DNA of 55,869 bases from Anaerolineales bacterium (lineage in GTDB: Bacteria; Chloroflexota; Anaerolineae; Anaerolineales; E44-bin32): contig JBFJVD010000002.1 in the NCBI GenBank assembly GCA_041624375.1, positions 1 to 55,869 on the forward strand, given 5' to 3'. A model generated the notes under the pieces. It made no database searches, was not told where the DNA came from, and saw only the letters and a list, made by a program, of their open reading frames with translations. Below, one piece after another: positions 9,261 to 17,873 of this stretch (positions are counted from its first letter, which is position 1; every line of letters begins with the position of its first letter). The position numbers and the translations under genes were made by a program.

Positions 9261-10160
9261 ATGGAGCGCACGAGATACACCACCATTCACCGCAGCCTCG
9301 ACCGTGATTCCCCGCCGATGCGACTCTACGAGAAGGCCAAGCGCTACGGCCACTGGAATCCGAGCGAACTGGACTTCAGCCAGGATATGCAGGACTGGCA
9401 GACCTTCAGCCCAGAGGAGCGCGACCTGGTGCTCAGACTGAGCGCCATGTTTCAGGCAGGTGAGGAGGCGGTGACGCTCGATCTCCTGCCGCTGATCCAG
9501 GTGATTGCCGCGGAAGGCCGCCTCGAAGAAGAGATCTTCCTCACCACCTTCCTGTACGACGAAGCGAAGCACACCGATTTCTTTCGACGCTTTCTGGATG
9601 AAGTCGTCGGCGACCAAGGCGATCTCGAGCGTTACCACACCCCGAGTTATCGGGTAGTGTTCTACGTTGCGCTGCCGGCGGCGCTGCAAAACCTGCGCGA
9701 CGACCCTTCGCCGGCCACCCAGGCGCGCGCGGCAACGACCTACAACATGATCGTGGAAGGGGTGCTGGCCGAATCGGGCTATTATGCGTACCACCAGGCT
9801 CTTGAGACAAAAGGCTTGCTTCCCGGCGTGCGCGAAGGCGTGATCCATCTCCGCCGGGATGAGTCACGCCATCTGGCCTACGGCCTCTACCTGCTCTCGC
9901 GTCTGATCGCCGCCGACGCGTCCCTGTGGGAGGTGGTCGAGGAAACGATGAACGCCTTGCTAACCCCGGCTGTAGGGATGATTGGCGAAGCGTTTTCCCA
10001 CTACGACCCGATCCCGTTCGGGCTGAACGAGGAGGAATTTATCGGCTACGCGATGGGCCAATTCCAGAAGCGTTTCGAGCGATTGGAGCGGGCCCGTGGT
10101 GCTTCACAGGGCGATGTGGTGCGGGAAGCCCTGGCGCACATTGAAGCCGAGGACGCCTGA
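9261..10160 (+). CDS. R2-like ligand-binding oxidase (R2lox, Mn/Fe ferritin-like)
   Basis: GEEAV, DEAKH, YNMIVEGVLAE, DESRH metal-ligand pattern; GGAGG RBS; no RNR large subunit nearby. Confidence 0.88.
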   Translation: MERTRYTTIHRSLDRDSPPMRLYEKAKRYGHWNPSELDFSQDMQDWQTFSPEERDLVLRLSAMFQAGEEAVTLDLLPLIQVIAAEGRLEEEIFLTTFLYDEAKHTDFFRRFLDEVVGDQGDLERYHTPSYRVVFYVALPAALQNLRDDPSPATQARAATTYNMIVEGVLAESGYYAYHQALETKGLLPGVREGVIHLRRDESRHLAYGLYLLSRLIAADASLWEVVEETMNALLTPAVGMIGEAFSHYDPIPFGLNEEEFIGYAMGQFQKRFERLERARGASQGDVVREALAHIEAEDA

Positions 10161-10243
10161 GTCGCCCTGCGCGGGCTTCTCTGCGCCGCAATCGAGTACG
10201 CTGATGAAACGAAGCAATCCACCTGAGCAGTGAGGAGAAGAAC

Positions 10244-11401
10244 ATGGCCGAAATCGCCGCCCGTCTGGCGAATTTCACCGAATCGGTTATCCGCGAGATG
10301 ACCAGGGTGGCCGATCAACATGGGGCCATCAACCTTTCGCAGGGCTTCCCCGACTTTGACCCGCCGCACCAACTGATTGAGGCCGCCGGCCGTGCGCTCG
10401 ACGAGGGCTACCATCAGTACGCCGTGACCTGGGGGTCGCCGCGCTTCCGCAAAGCGCTGGCCAAGAAGCAGCGCCGCTTCATGGGGATCGACATCGATCC
10501 CGACGCCCATATCACCGTCACCTGCGGCAGCACAGAGGCGATGATGGTGGCGATGATGACGGTCTGCAATCCTGGCGATCGAGTGATCGTCTTCTCTCCG
10601 TTCTATGAGAACTACGGCGCCGACACGATCCTGTCCGGCGCCGAGCCGATCTATGTCCCGCTGCACCCGCCGGACTTCACCTTTGACCTGGACGAGCTGC
10701 GCCGGGCCTTCCAGCGCGGGGTGAAAGCGCTTGTACTCTGCAACCCCTCCAACCCTACCGGGCGTGTCTTTCGTCGGGAGGAGCTTCAGACCATCGCTGA
10801 TCTGGCTCAGGAATTTGATGCCTTTGTGCTGACCGATGAGGTCTATGAGCACATCGTCTATGAGCCCCATGAGCACGTCTACATCGCTAGCCTGCCCGGA
10901 ATGTTCGAACGCACGCTGTCCGGCAGCTCGCTCTCGAAGACCTACGCCATCACCGGCTGGCGCCTGGGCTATGTGATCGCCCCGGAACGGGTGACGGCCG
11001 GAGCACGCAAGGTCCACGATTTCCTCACCGTCGGGGCCCCCTCACTCCTCCAGGAGGCCGCCGCCACCGCACTGGCGTTCCCAGACGAGTACTACCGGGA
11101 GCTTCAGGCCGATTACACGCGGCGGCGCGATGTCTTTCTAGAATACCTGGATGAAGTTGGGTTGCGCTACACGCGACCGGAAGGCGCCTATTACGTCCTG
11201 GTGGATGTCTCCGAATTCGGCGTCGAAGACGACACAGCGTTCTGCAAGTGGCTGGCGCGTGAAGTTGGGGTGGCCGCGGTGCCCGGCTCCAGCTTCTTCC
11301 GTGAGCCGGTCCAGCATATGATCCGCTTCCACTTCGCCAAGCGCGAGGAGACGCTGCACAAAGCTGGCCAGCGTCTGCTGCGGCTGAAGGAGAAGGTCTA
11401 G
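10244..11401 (+). CDS. PLP-dependent aminotransferase class I/II (YbdL-like)
   Basis: NLSQGFPDF, NPSNPTG, DEVY, SLSKTYAITGWRLGY. Confidence 0.92.
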   Translation: MAEIAARLANFTESVIREMTRVADQHGAINLSQGFPDFDPPHQLIEAAGRALDEGYHQYAVTWGSPRFRKALAKKQRRFMGIDIDPDAHITVTCGSTEAMMVAMMTVCNPGDRVIVFSPFYENYGADTILSGAEPIYVPLHPPDFTFDLDELRRAFQRGVKALVLCNPSNPTGRVFRREELQTIADLAQEFDAFVLTDEVYEHIVYEPHEHVYIASLPGMFERTLSGSSLSKTYAITGWRLGYVIAPERVTAGARKVHDFLTVGAPSLLQEAAATALAFPDEYYRELQADYTRRRDVFLEYLDEVGLRYTRPEGAYYVLVDVSEFGVEDDTAFCKWLAREVGVAAVPGSSFFREPVQHMIRFHFAKREETLHKAGQRLLRLKEKV

Positions 11402-11498
11402 CCGATCCTTCGCGCTGGCGCACCAGGCGACAAGGCCGCGTCCGATCTAGGACGCGGCCTTGCTATTTTTGGAGGTGGCGACTGGCTTTTGGGTGGGC

Positions 11499-11960
11499 TC
11501 AGCCGCCGCTGGTAGGAGCCTCGGATTCGGTGATCGGTTCGCCGAGCACGCTATGGAGCAGCTCGAGGCCGCCGCTGTCCTGGCCGACGTAGAGCACGAT
11601 CAAGCGGCCTTTGGCCCAGAAGTGCGGCTGGTCGATCCAGGTGATCATCGTCGTCCCGACCGACCCGCCGTCGGGGGCGATCAGCTCGGCCTCGGCCGCG
11701 CGTCCGGCCTCATCAGCGTACTCGAAGACCTGCACGTCCAGTCCGTTCAGCCGGATCATCTGACCGCCCACGGTGAAGAAGGGCTGCTCGAGCCCCCCGG
11801 CGGGTTCAACCTCCGCGCCGGCGGCCCGCAGGGCATCGATCAAGTCGACATAGCCGCCGATCTCGTTGCCGTGGGAGACGATCGGGGTCGGTTGGCCGGC
11901 CGCACAAGCCGCCAGCATCAACCCGAAGAAGATCGTGAGCGCAATTCGAAACGTGTTCAT
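11499..11960 (-). CDS. Hypothetical lipoprotein
   Basis: Signal peptide with lipobox LAAC; GGAGG RBS; preceded by an ECF-type promoter. Confidence 0.75.
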   Translation of the reverse strand: MNTFRIALTIFFGLMLAACAAGQPTPIVSHGNEIGGYVDLIDALRAAGAEVEPAGGLEQPFFTVGGQMIRLNGLDVQVFEYADEAGRAAEAELIAPDGGSVGTTMITWIDQPHFWAKGRLIVLYVGQDSGGLELLHSVLGEPITESEAPTSGG

Positions 11961-12010
11961 GGTTGGAGATCCTCCCCTCCATCAGAATGCGCTGGATTTG
12001 ATATATGCGA

Positions 12011-12037
12011 AACGCCAAGCAGTCGCCGAAAGTTCCC
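12011..12037 (-). promoter_or_regulatory. ECF-type promoter for the lipoprotein gene
   Basis: GGGAAC-N15-GGCGTT on the minus strand, same spacing as the two + strand copies. Confidence 0.6.
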
Positions 12038-12079
12038 GAATTGTGGCGGGATCTTCGGTGCCCGAATCCCGGCGATGCA

Positions 12080-12106
12080 GGGAACGGAGCTGCCCTGAAT
12101 GGTGTA
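12080..12106 (+). promoter_or_regulatory. ECF-type autoregulatory promoter for the sigma/anti-sigma operon
   Basis: GGGAAC-N15-GGTGTA. Confidence 0.7.
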
Positions 12107-12142
12107 TATAGGTTGCAACAAACCTCTCCGGAGAGGTGCCGA

Positions 12143-12715
12143 CTGTCGGAATCAGCGTGGGTTCAGCGGGCCCGGCGCGGCGATGAGGCCGCCTGGGAGG
12201 CGCTCGTTCGCCACCATCAGGATGGCGTCTTCCGCTTCGCCTACCTGCACCTTGGCGACGCCGCCGAGGCGGAGGATGTGGCCCAGGAGACCTTTCTGCG
12301 GGCGTTCCGCGCCCTGGAGCGGTTTGATATCCAGCGTCCGATGCGCCCCTGGCTGTTGAGCATCGCCGCCAACCTGGCACGCAACCGCCGCCGGTCGCTT
12401 GGCCGCGCCTGGGCGGCGCTGCAGCGGGCGGTGCAGCGCGAGCCGGAGGGGGTTGGACTCCAACCAGAGCACCTTGGCGCTGAAACCGACTCCTGGCGGG
12501 GCCAGCTGCTCTGGCAGGCGATGCAGGGGCTGAGCCCGACGGATCGAGAGCTGCTCTATCTACGTTACTTCATGGACCTCTCCATCGCTGAGGCGGCCGA
12601 AGCGACCGGCGTGGCGAGTGGGACGGTGAAATCGCGTACCCACCGGGCACTCGAACGCCTGCGCCAGGTCATTGTGGCGGAGTACCCGGAGCTCGATCAG
12701 GAGCAGATCGTATGA
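12143..12715 (+). CDS. ECF RNA polymerase sigma factor (sigma-70 family)
   Basis: Region 2 AEDVAQETFLRAF...WLLSIAAN; region 4 SIAEAAEATGVASGTVKSRTHRA; start uncertain, in-frame CTG at 12143 follows GGAGAGGTG. Confidence 0.9.
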   Translation: MSESAWVQRARRGDEAAWEALVRHHQDGVFRFAYLHLGDAAEAEDVAQETFLRAFRALERFDIQRPMRPWLLSIAANLARNRRRSLGRAWAALQRAVQREPEGVGLQPEHLGAETDSWRGQLLWQAMQGLSPTDRELLYLRYFMDLSIAEAAEATGVASGTVKSRTHRALERLRQVIVAEYPELDQEQIV

Positions 12716-13512
12716 ACGAGCATGAGATCGAGCGCTTTGAAGACCAGGTTCGCGCCTGGGCGCGGACCTTCCACTACCCTCCCACGCCGAACCTCGTCGC
12801 GCGCACATCGCGGCCGATCCAACGCCCGATTCGATTCGCCTGGACGACCCCGCGTCTGGCCTGGTCCCTGCTCGCCGTGCTGCTCGTCGTCTGCCTGGCC
12901 ACCCTGGCGGTTCCGGCTGCGCGGGCCACGGTATTTGAGATCGTGCGTCTGGGCGCGGTGCGCATCCTGCTCGGCGAGCCAACCCCGGCTCCGCGGGCGA
13001 GTCCCACCTCCCCGAGTCTCGGAGCAGTTCCATCTGTCCCCGACGAGTCAGCCGCGCCGTTCCCGACGGCGGCGGCCATCGACTTTGCCGGCGAGACCAC
13101 GCTTGACTCGATCCGGGAGAGGGTCAGTTTTGACATCCGCTTGCCCACCTACCCATCCGATCTCGGGCCGCCGGACCGAGTCTTCTACCAGGATTGGCTC
13201 GGCGACATTGTGCTGCTGGTCTGGACCGATCCGTCGGATTCCCGGCAGGCCGTGCTCAGCCTGCACATCCTGGAACAGGACGTGGTGGTCGAGAAGAGCC
13301 AGCCGCAGCTCATTGAGTCGACCGAGGTGAACGGCCAGCTCGCCTTCTGGACCACCGGGCCCTACCAGCTGGTGGTCGGACAGGGCGAATTCGCCGGCCG
13401 CCGCCTGATTGAAGGTCACGTGCTCATCTGGACGGAGGATGGCCTGACCTACCGGCTGGAAACCGATCTCCCCCTCGAAGAGGCCGTGCGCGTGGCCGAG
13501 TCGCTGCGGTGA
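12712..13512 (+). CDS. Putative single-pass membrane anti-sigma factor
   Basis: ATGA overlap with sigma; short cytoplasmic N-terminus, one TM, Pro-rich linker, extracytoplasmic domain ending LIWTEDGLTYRLE...EEAVRVAESLR (DUF4367-like). Confidence 0.75.
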   Translation: MNEHEIERFEDQVRAWARTFHYPPTPNLVARTSRPIQRPIRFAWTTPRLAWSLLAVLLVVCLATLAVPAARATVFEIVRLGAVRILLGEPTPAPRASPTSPSLGAVPSVPDESAAPFPTAAAIDFAGETTLDSIRERVSFDIRLPTYPSDLGPPDRVFYQDWLGDIVLLVWTDPSDSRQAVLSLHILEQDVVVEKSQPQLIESTEVNGQLAFWTTGPYQLVVGQGEFAGRRLIEGHVLIWTEDGLTYRLETDLPLEEAVRVAESLR

Positions 13513-13621
13513 AGCGGTTGGCATGTTCAGCGGGCGGGCGAGCTGGGCCGCGCGCGGAAGTTCGGCCTCCCCCGAAATCAGCTCGATAAACTCATCGCGA
13601 GACATTCGATCAGGATGCTTC

Positions 13622-13648
13622 GGGAACCTCCTTCGGGCGGTCGGTGTA
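13622..13648 (+). promoter_or_regulatory. ECF-type promoter for the 13709-15276 operon
   Basis: GGGAAC-N15-GGTGTA, same elements as the promoter upstream of the sigma gene. Confidence 0.7.
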
Positions 13649-13708
13649 CCTTCTGTGAATTCATGAGGCTCACAGCAGCCTCTCTCAGCGGAAGGAGATG
13701 TGCCCGGG

Positions 13709-14257
13709 ATGAAGAAGAAACTTGCAGCTTCCACGCTCCTCCTGGCGTTCTTGTGGGGGCTTTCGGCCACGGCTGCGAGTGCGGGCGGCTGGGTGGTCAT
13801 CACGCTGGATGCACTGCCCACCGCGCCACGCGCCGGCGAATCGCTTTTGATTGGATTCATGGTGCGCCAGCACGGCCAGACGCCGATCAGCGATGTTGAA
13901 CCGCGCCTGATCGCCACGCACAGCGATTCGGGCGAGAAGCTGGAGGTCGCCGCCGTTCAGGAGGGGAGAACCGGTCACTTCGTCGTCGAGGTCGCATTCC
14001 CGCAGCAGGGTGCCTGGTCCTGGCAGATCGAGGCACGGCCGTTTCCGACCCAGGACTTCGGGCTGTTGGAGGTTCTGCCGGCGCCGGCGGTGCCGGTTCG
14101 AAGCGACGTGGGTACGGTTTCGTCCGCCGAGCCGGTCGGCGAGGCCCAAACCTGGCTCCGTTGGGGCGGCATCTTCCTGCTCGGCGCCGCCACAGGCATG
14201 TTCGTGGCCGAGCGACGTCGCGAAGCGGCTGCCCGTCCGGCGGATGTGAGAGCGTGA
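13709..14257 (+). CDS. Secreted Ig-like (YtkA/FixH-like) protein with C-terminal membrane anchor
   Basis: Signal peptide (ASA), GHFVVEVAFPQQGAWSW motif, C-terminal TM plus basic tail; alternative GTG start at 13700. Confidence 0.65.
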   Translation: MKKKLAASTLLLAFLWGLSATAASAGGWVVITLDALPTAPRAGESLLIGFMVRQHGQTPISDVEPRLIATHSDSGEKLEVAAVQEGRTGHFVVEVAFPQQGAWSWQIEARPFPTQDFGLLEVLPAPAVPVRSDVGTVSSAEPVGEAQTWLRWGGIFLLGAATGMFVAERRREAAARPADVRA

Positions 14258-14646
14258 TGATGCGGCCGTGGCTGATGACCGGGATCGCCGGAATGCTGAT
14301 GGTGCTGGGATCGTTCCTCCCGGTCAACGCTCGGCCAGAGCCCTCGAAGCCAGCCTTCGACTCGGGCCAGGCATTGGGGCTGACTCAGGCAGAGCTGGGC
14401 CACAGGCTGTTTGTGGCCAAGGGCTGCGCTGGCTGTCACCAGCACGATGCGATCGCCAACGATATGGGGATCCAGATGGGGCCAGACCTGAGCAGAATCA
14501 CCCTCGATCCGGCCTTTCTGCGGGAGTGGCTCGAGAACCCGGCGGCAGTCCGTCCCGGGACGGAAATGCCCGCGCTCGGACTGGACGATGCTGAAATCGA
14601 GGCGCTGATCGCCTTCCTCACGACACCACCGCCGGAGAGTCCGTAG
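14254..14646 (+). CDS. Mono-heme c-type cytochrome
   Basis: Signal peptide, CAGCH heme motif, GPDL, distal Met in PGTEMP; GTGA overlap with the upstream gene. Confidence 0.88.
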   Translation: MMMRPWLMTGIAGMLMVLGSFLPVNARPEPSKPAFDSGQALGLTQAELGHRLFVAKGCAGCHQHDAIANDMGIQMGPDLSRITLDPAFLREWLENPAAVRPGTEMPALGLDDAEIEALIAFLTTPPPESP

Positions 14647-14676
14647 GCGAAATCCCGAGCTTGGAGGCGCGGGCTG

Positions 14677-15276
14677 ATGAAGAAGATTGTCTTGTTGCTT
14701 ATTCTTCTCGCACTGGTATGGCAGCCACTCTCGCTGGCGCAGGCCAAAGGCGGCGAGCTGATCACGGTCTCCGGGCCGGCGATGTTCGGCCCGATTGAGA
14801 CCAATAACCTCGACATCACTCTTGCACTCAGCACGACGGTGTTCGAAGACCTGGAGCGGCCGATCGACCCGCCCACGGACCTGACGTTTCTGTTCCTGGT
14901 CACCCGTTCTTATCCGCGCGCAGATTCCTATGAGCCGTTCGACCAGGTGATCTACGTGCCCAACCTGGATGGGGGACCAGGCGCGGTCTATTACCTGGGC
15001 ATCGTCAACGGTTCGGGTCCCCACGACGGCAAGTGGTACCAGGCCTCGGCGCGCGGGGAAGCGGCGATGAAGCGCTTGTTCGAGGAGAACGGCGTGCGGC
15101 TCGACCTGGCCCTGCCCGGCTACAGCAGCGAGCCGGTCGAAGCTGCCGCCCGCTTCCAATTCCCGTTCGACGCACGGCAGTCGTTGGCCGCGGTTCTGCT
15201 GACGCTCAGCGGGATTGGGCTTGGGTGGGTGCTTGGCACGCGGCGAGTGGAATCGATGTTGAAGCGCGGCGCCTAG
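14677..15276 (+). CDS. Hypothetical secreted protein with C-terminal membrane anchor
   Basis: MKK signal peptide (AQA), C-terminal TM; GGAGG RBS. Confidence 0.7.
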   Translation: MKKIVLLLILLALVWQPLSLAQAKGGELITVSGPAMFGPIETNNLDITLALSTTVFEDLERPIDPPTDLTFLFLVTRSYPRADSYEPFDQVIYVPNLDGGPGAVYYLGIVNGSGPHDGKWYQASARGEAAMKRLFEENGVRLDLALPGYSSEPVEAAARFQFPFDARQSLAAVLLTLSGIGLGWVLGTRRVESMLKRGA

Positions 15277-15382
15277 CTGAGCTGCCGGGCCGTCATCCCG
15301 GGCAGCACTGGATGGAAAGGAACAAAGTGGACCCCGCAGCCTGGGTGATGGGCTGCGGGGTCGGCCTTCTCGCTGGAAGCTG

Positions 15383-16471
15383 TCACCTGTTGGCGGTGCC
15401 CTGGCGGGCTGCATTCCACAATGTGGCCAGCTGATCGAGGGGCAGCTCATGGGCCACCCGCCCCTGCTTCCCCTTGAGGGTTTCGGCTGCAGTAAGCGAG
15501 TTCAGAATCGCCTCCTCGGTGGCCTCGGCGGCCGCTTCGAAGAGGCTGTCCAGTGCGCCGTGTGGCAGCATCTCGAGCCGGAGCAGCGCTCCGGCAGTGC
15601 CGGAGGCCAGCCGGTTGCCGGTCGAGAATGCGAGGAATAGGTCGCCGCTGCTGTTGTGGCCCAGGCCGCCAGCCCTCGCCAGACCGACTGTTGCCCGTCG
15701 CGCCAGCCGGCGGCACTGCAATGGGATCAGGGGCGCATCGGTGGCCAGCACGACGAGGATCGAACCGGCGCCGGGCGTTTGTGCCTGCGGCGTCGGCACC
15801 ACCTGTGCATCGATCAACTGGCCGATAGGAACCCCATCCAACCGCAATTGGTGACGCAGGCCATAGTTGGCCTGGACGAGCGCGCCGAGATGGTACGTTG
15901 CGCCCAGGAGCTCCATGTGACGCGATGCGGTGCCAATCCCGCCCTTAAACTCGTGGCAGATAGTGCCCGTACCGCCGCCGACGTTGCCTTCCGCCACCGG
16001 GCCCGGGCTTGCCGCTGCCATGGCCGAGTCGAGGTGCTCGGCACCTAGGTGGAAGGCCTCAATGTCGTTCAGCCAGCCATCATAAGTCTCGGCCACCACC
16101 GGCAGGTCCCACGCCTGGGCGATCCCGGCCCGGTGGGCGTAGGCGACCAGGGCATCGCGCACCATCCCGACCTGGTGGGTGTTTGTGAGCGCGATCGGTG
16201 AGGTGAGCAGGCCGGCCTCTTCCAACCAGGCCAACCCGGTCATTTCGCCGTTGCCGTTAAAGATATGAAAGCCGGCCGGCAGGTGCTGCTGCCAGATCGC
16301 TCCTTCTTCCGGCACGATCACGGTGACCCCGGTGCGGGCAACCCTCGGTTCATCGTAGATCAGCGTGGTGTGCCCCACCCAAACCCCCGGAACATCAGTG
16401 ATTGCGTTCTGTGGGCCGGGTGGGAGACGTCCGATCGAGATTCCCAGATCTCGAAGGCGAGCGCGGCTCAT
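15383..16471 (-). CDS. dmpA: P1/S58 family aminopeptidase (DmpA-like)
   Basis: NAITDVPGVWVGH, RTGVTVI, NGNGEMTG, EGNVGGGTG, autocleavage G|SI, NSSGD; GGAGG RBS before ATG 16471. Confidence 0.9.
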   Translation of the reverse strand: MSRARLRDLGISIGRLPPGPQNAITDVPGVWVGHTTLIYDEPRVARTGVTVIVPEEGAIWQQHLPAGFHIFNGNGEMTGLAWLEEAGLLTSPIALTNTHQVGMVRDALVAYAHRAGIAQAWDLPVVAETYDGWLNDIEAFHLGAEHLDSAMAAASPGPVAEGNVGGGTGTICHEFKGGIGTASRHMELLGATYHLGALVQANYGLRHQLRLDGVPIGQLIDAQVVPTPQAQTPGAGSILVVLATDAPLIPLQCRRLARRATVGLARAGGLGHNSSGDLFLAFSTGNRLASGTAGALLRLEMLPHGALDSLFEAAAEATEEAILNSLTAAETLKGKQGRVAHELPLDQLATLWNAARQGTANR

Positions 16472-16519
16472 TGAGCTGCCTCCTCTCATCTGGTGGGCGG
16501 CACATCTTCGGCGGGTAAA

Positions 16520-17803
16520 TTAACTCGAGCGGGCCAAACCTACACCGGCCAGCACCCGCAGCGCGGCGGCGAGCAGCAGCACATTGCGCAGACCGAGACC
16601 CACCGCCAGCAGCGGGCCAAGCAGCGATCCGGCAAGGATCCCCAGGTTGAGGACAAGGTTGTGAAGCGCCATGTGCGCGGGGGCATCCTCCGGCGGCACC
16701 CGATCCATAAGCTGGTGTGTGAGCCCGACGTTGGCGACAGCCCACACAGCGCCGCCCAGCGCGCTGGCGATCAGGTAGAGCGCGGGGCCATCCGCCAGTG
16801 CGGTCAGCAAGGGAAACTGGCCATAGAGCAGCGCGCCAAGCACGAGAACACGCCGCTGGCCCCAGCGCGCAGCCAGCTGCTCGCTGGAGAGCGATATGAG
16901 CAGCATGCTGGAAAAGAAGAGCCCGTTGCCGATGCTGATGGTCCATTCGCTGAGACCCAATTCTCGGACAAAGAGAAGCGGGAATAGCGGAATCGGGAGG
17001 AACTGAAAGAAGTAGAAGAAGAAGTACGCGCCCATCAGGCGCCCGAAATCGCGGCGGATCAGGGACGGACGGAGCAGGGCTCCGGGTTGGGCGCGCGTAA
17101 GGAATCGCAATCCCGTCGTCGGCCGCATGGCATCGAAGACCCGCATCAGGCCGGGGCGGGCCGCGTCTCCGATGGGCTGGCTGTGGCGCTCCGGGCTGTC
17201 CGCAGCGAGCCGCATCTGGCCCAGCATCCAGCTGCTGAGCGCAGCGCCGGCGGCGCCGATCGTGAAGACCAGCTGATAGTTCAGTGGGTAGGGCAGCCGA
17301 ATGAGCAGCTGGCCGCAGCCGAGCGTGGTGAGCGTTGTCACGACCGCCAGCAGCGCGTTGCGCTGGCCGACCACCCGCGCCCTCCGTGCTGCCGGGACGG
17401 CATCGGCGAACAAGGCATTGAAGGCGATCGCCAGCACCGTGCCGGGCAGGGACATGACCAGCACCAATAGGACCAGCGCCTCCGGCTGTGCTGCCGGGGC
17501 GATCAGCCAGGGCAGCGGAATGAGCAGCAGATAAGCCAGCCGGTGCCAAACGGACGACCAGAAGGTGGAATGCACCAACGACCGTCCAGCGAGCATGCGC
17601 CCCGCAGGAAGCGATAGGGCCAGCTGGACCGCTGCGGGACCGGCCGTGAGCAGTCCGATCTCAAAGGCCGTCGCGCCGAGCTGGGTGGCGAAGATGGTCA
17701 GAAACGCGAGCGTGCTGCCGGCGAGCAGGCCATAGGCGGCGACGTCCGCGTAGAGAAGGCGCAGGTTGCGTTCAATGCGTTGCGAGTTCGCTGTGAGGGT
17801 CAT
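16520..17803 (-). CDS. MFS transporter
   Basis: About 12 hydrophobic segments in two halves separated by a hydrophilic loop; start chosen at MTLTANS. Confidence 0.82.
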   Translation of the reverse strand: MTLTANSQRIERNLRLLYADVAAYGLLAGSTLAFLTIFATQLGATAFEIGLLTAGPAAVQLALSLPAGRMLAGRSLVHSTFWSSVWHRLAYLLLIPLPWLIAPAAQPEALVLLVLVMSLPGTVLAIAFNALFADAVPAARRARVVGQRNALLAVVTTLTTLGCGQLLIRLPYPLNYQLVFTIGAAGAALSSWMLGQMRLAADSPERHSQPIGDAARPGLMRVFDAMRPTTGLRFLTRAQPGALLRPSLIRRDFGRLMGAYFFFYFFQFLPIPLFPLLFVRELGLSEWTISIGNGLFFSSMLLISLSSEQLAARWGQRRVLVLGALLYGQFPLLTALADGPALYLIASALGGAVWAVANVGLTHQLMDRVPPEDAPAHMALHNLVLNLGILAGSLLGPLLAVGLGLRNVLLLAAALRVLAGVGLARSS

Positions 17804-17873
17804 CGAGCGGCCGGGAAGAATGGAGCTGCGGTGTCGATCGATTGCGGCTTGGGCTGAGGTTATGCGGCCGCCG

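Noticed and set aside
9261-10160. Ribonucleotide reductase beta subunit (nrdB/nrdF)
   Set aside because: Motif pattern fits R2lox and there is no adjacent alpha subunit.
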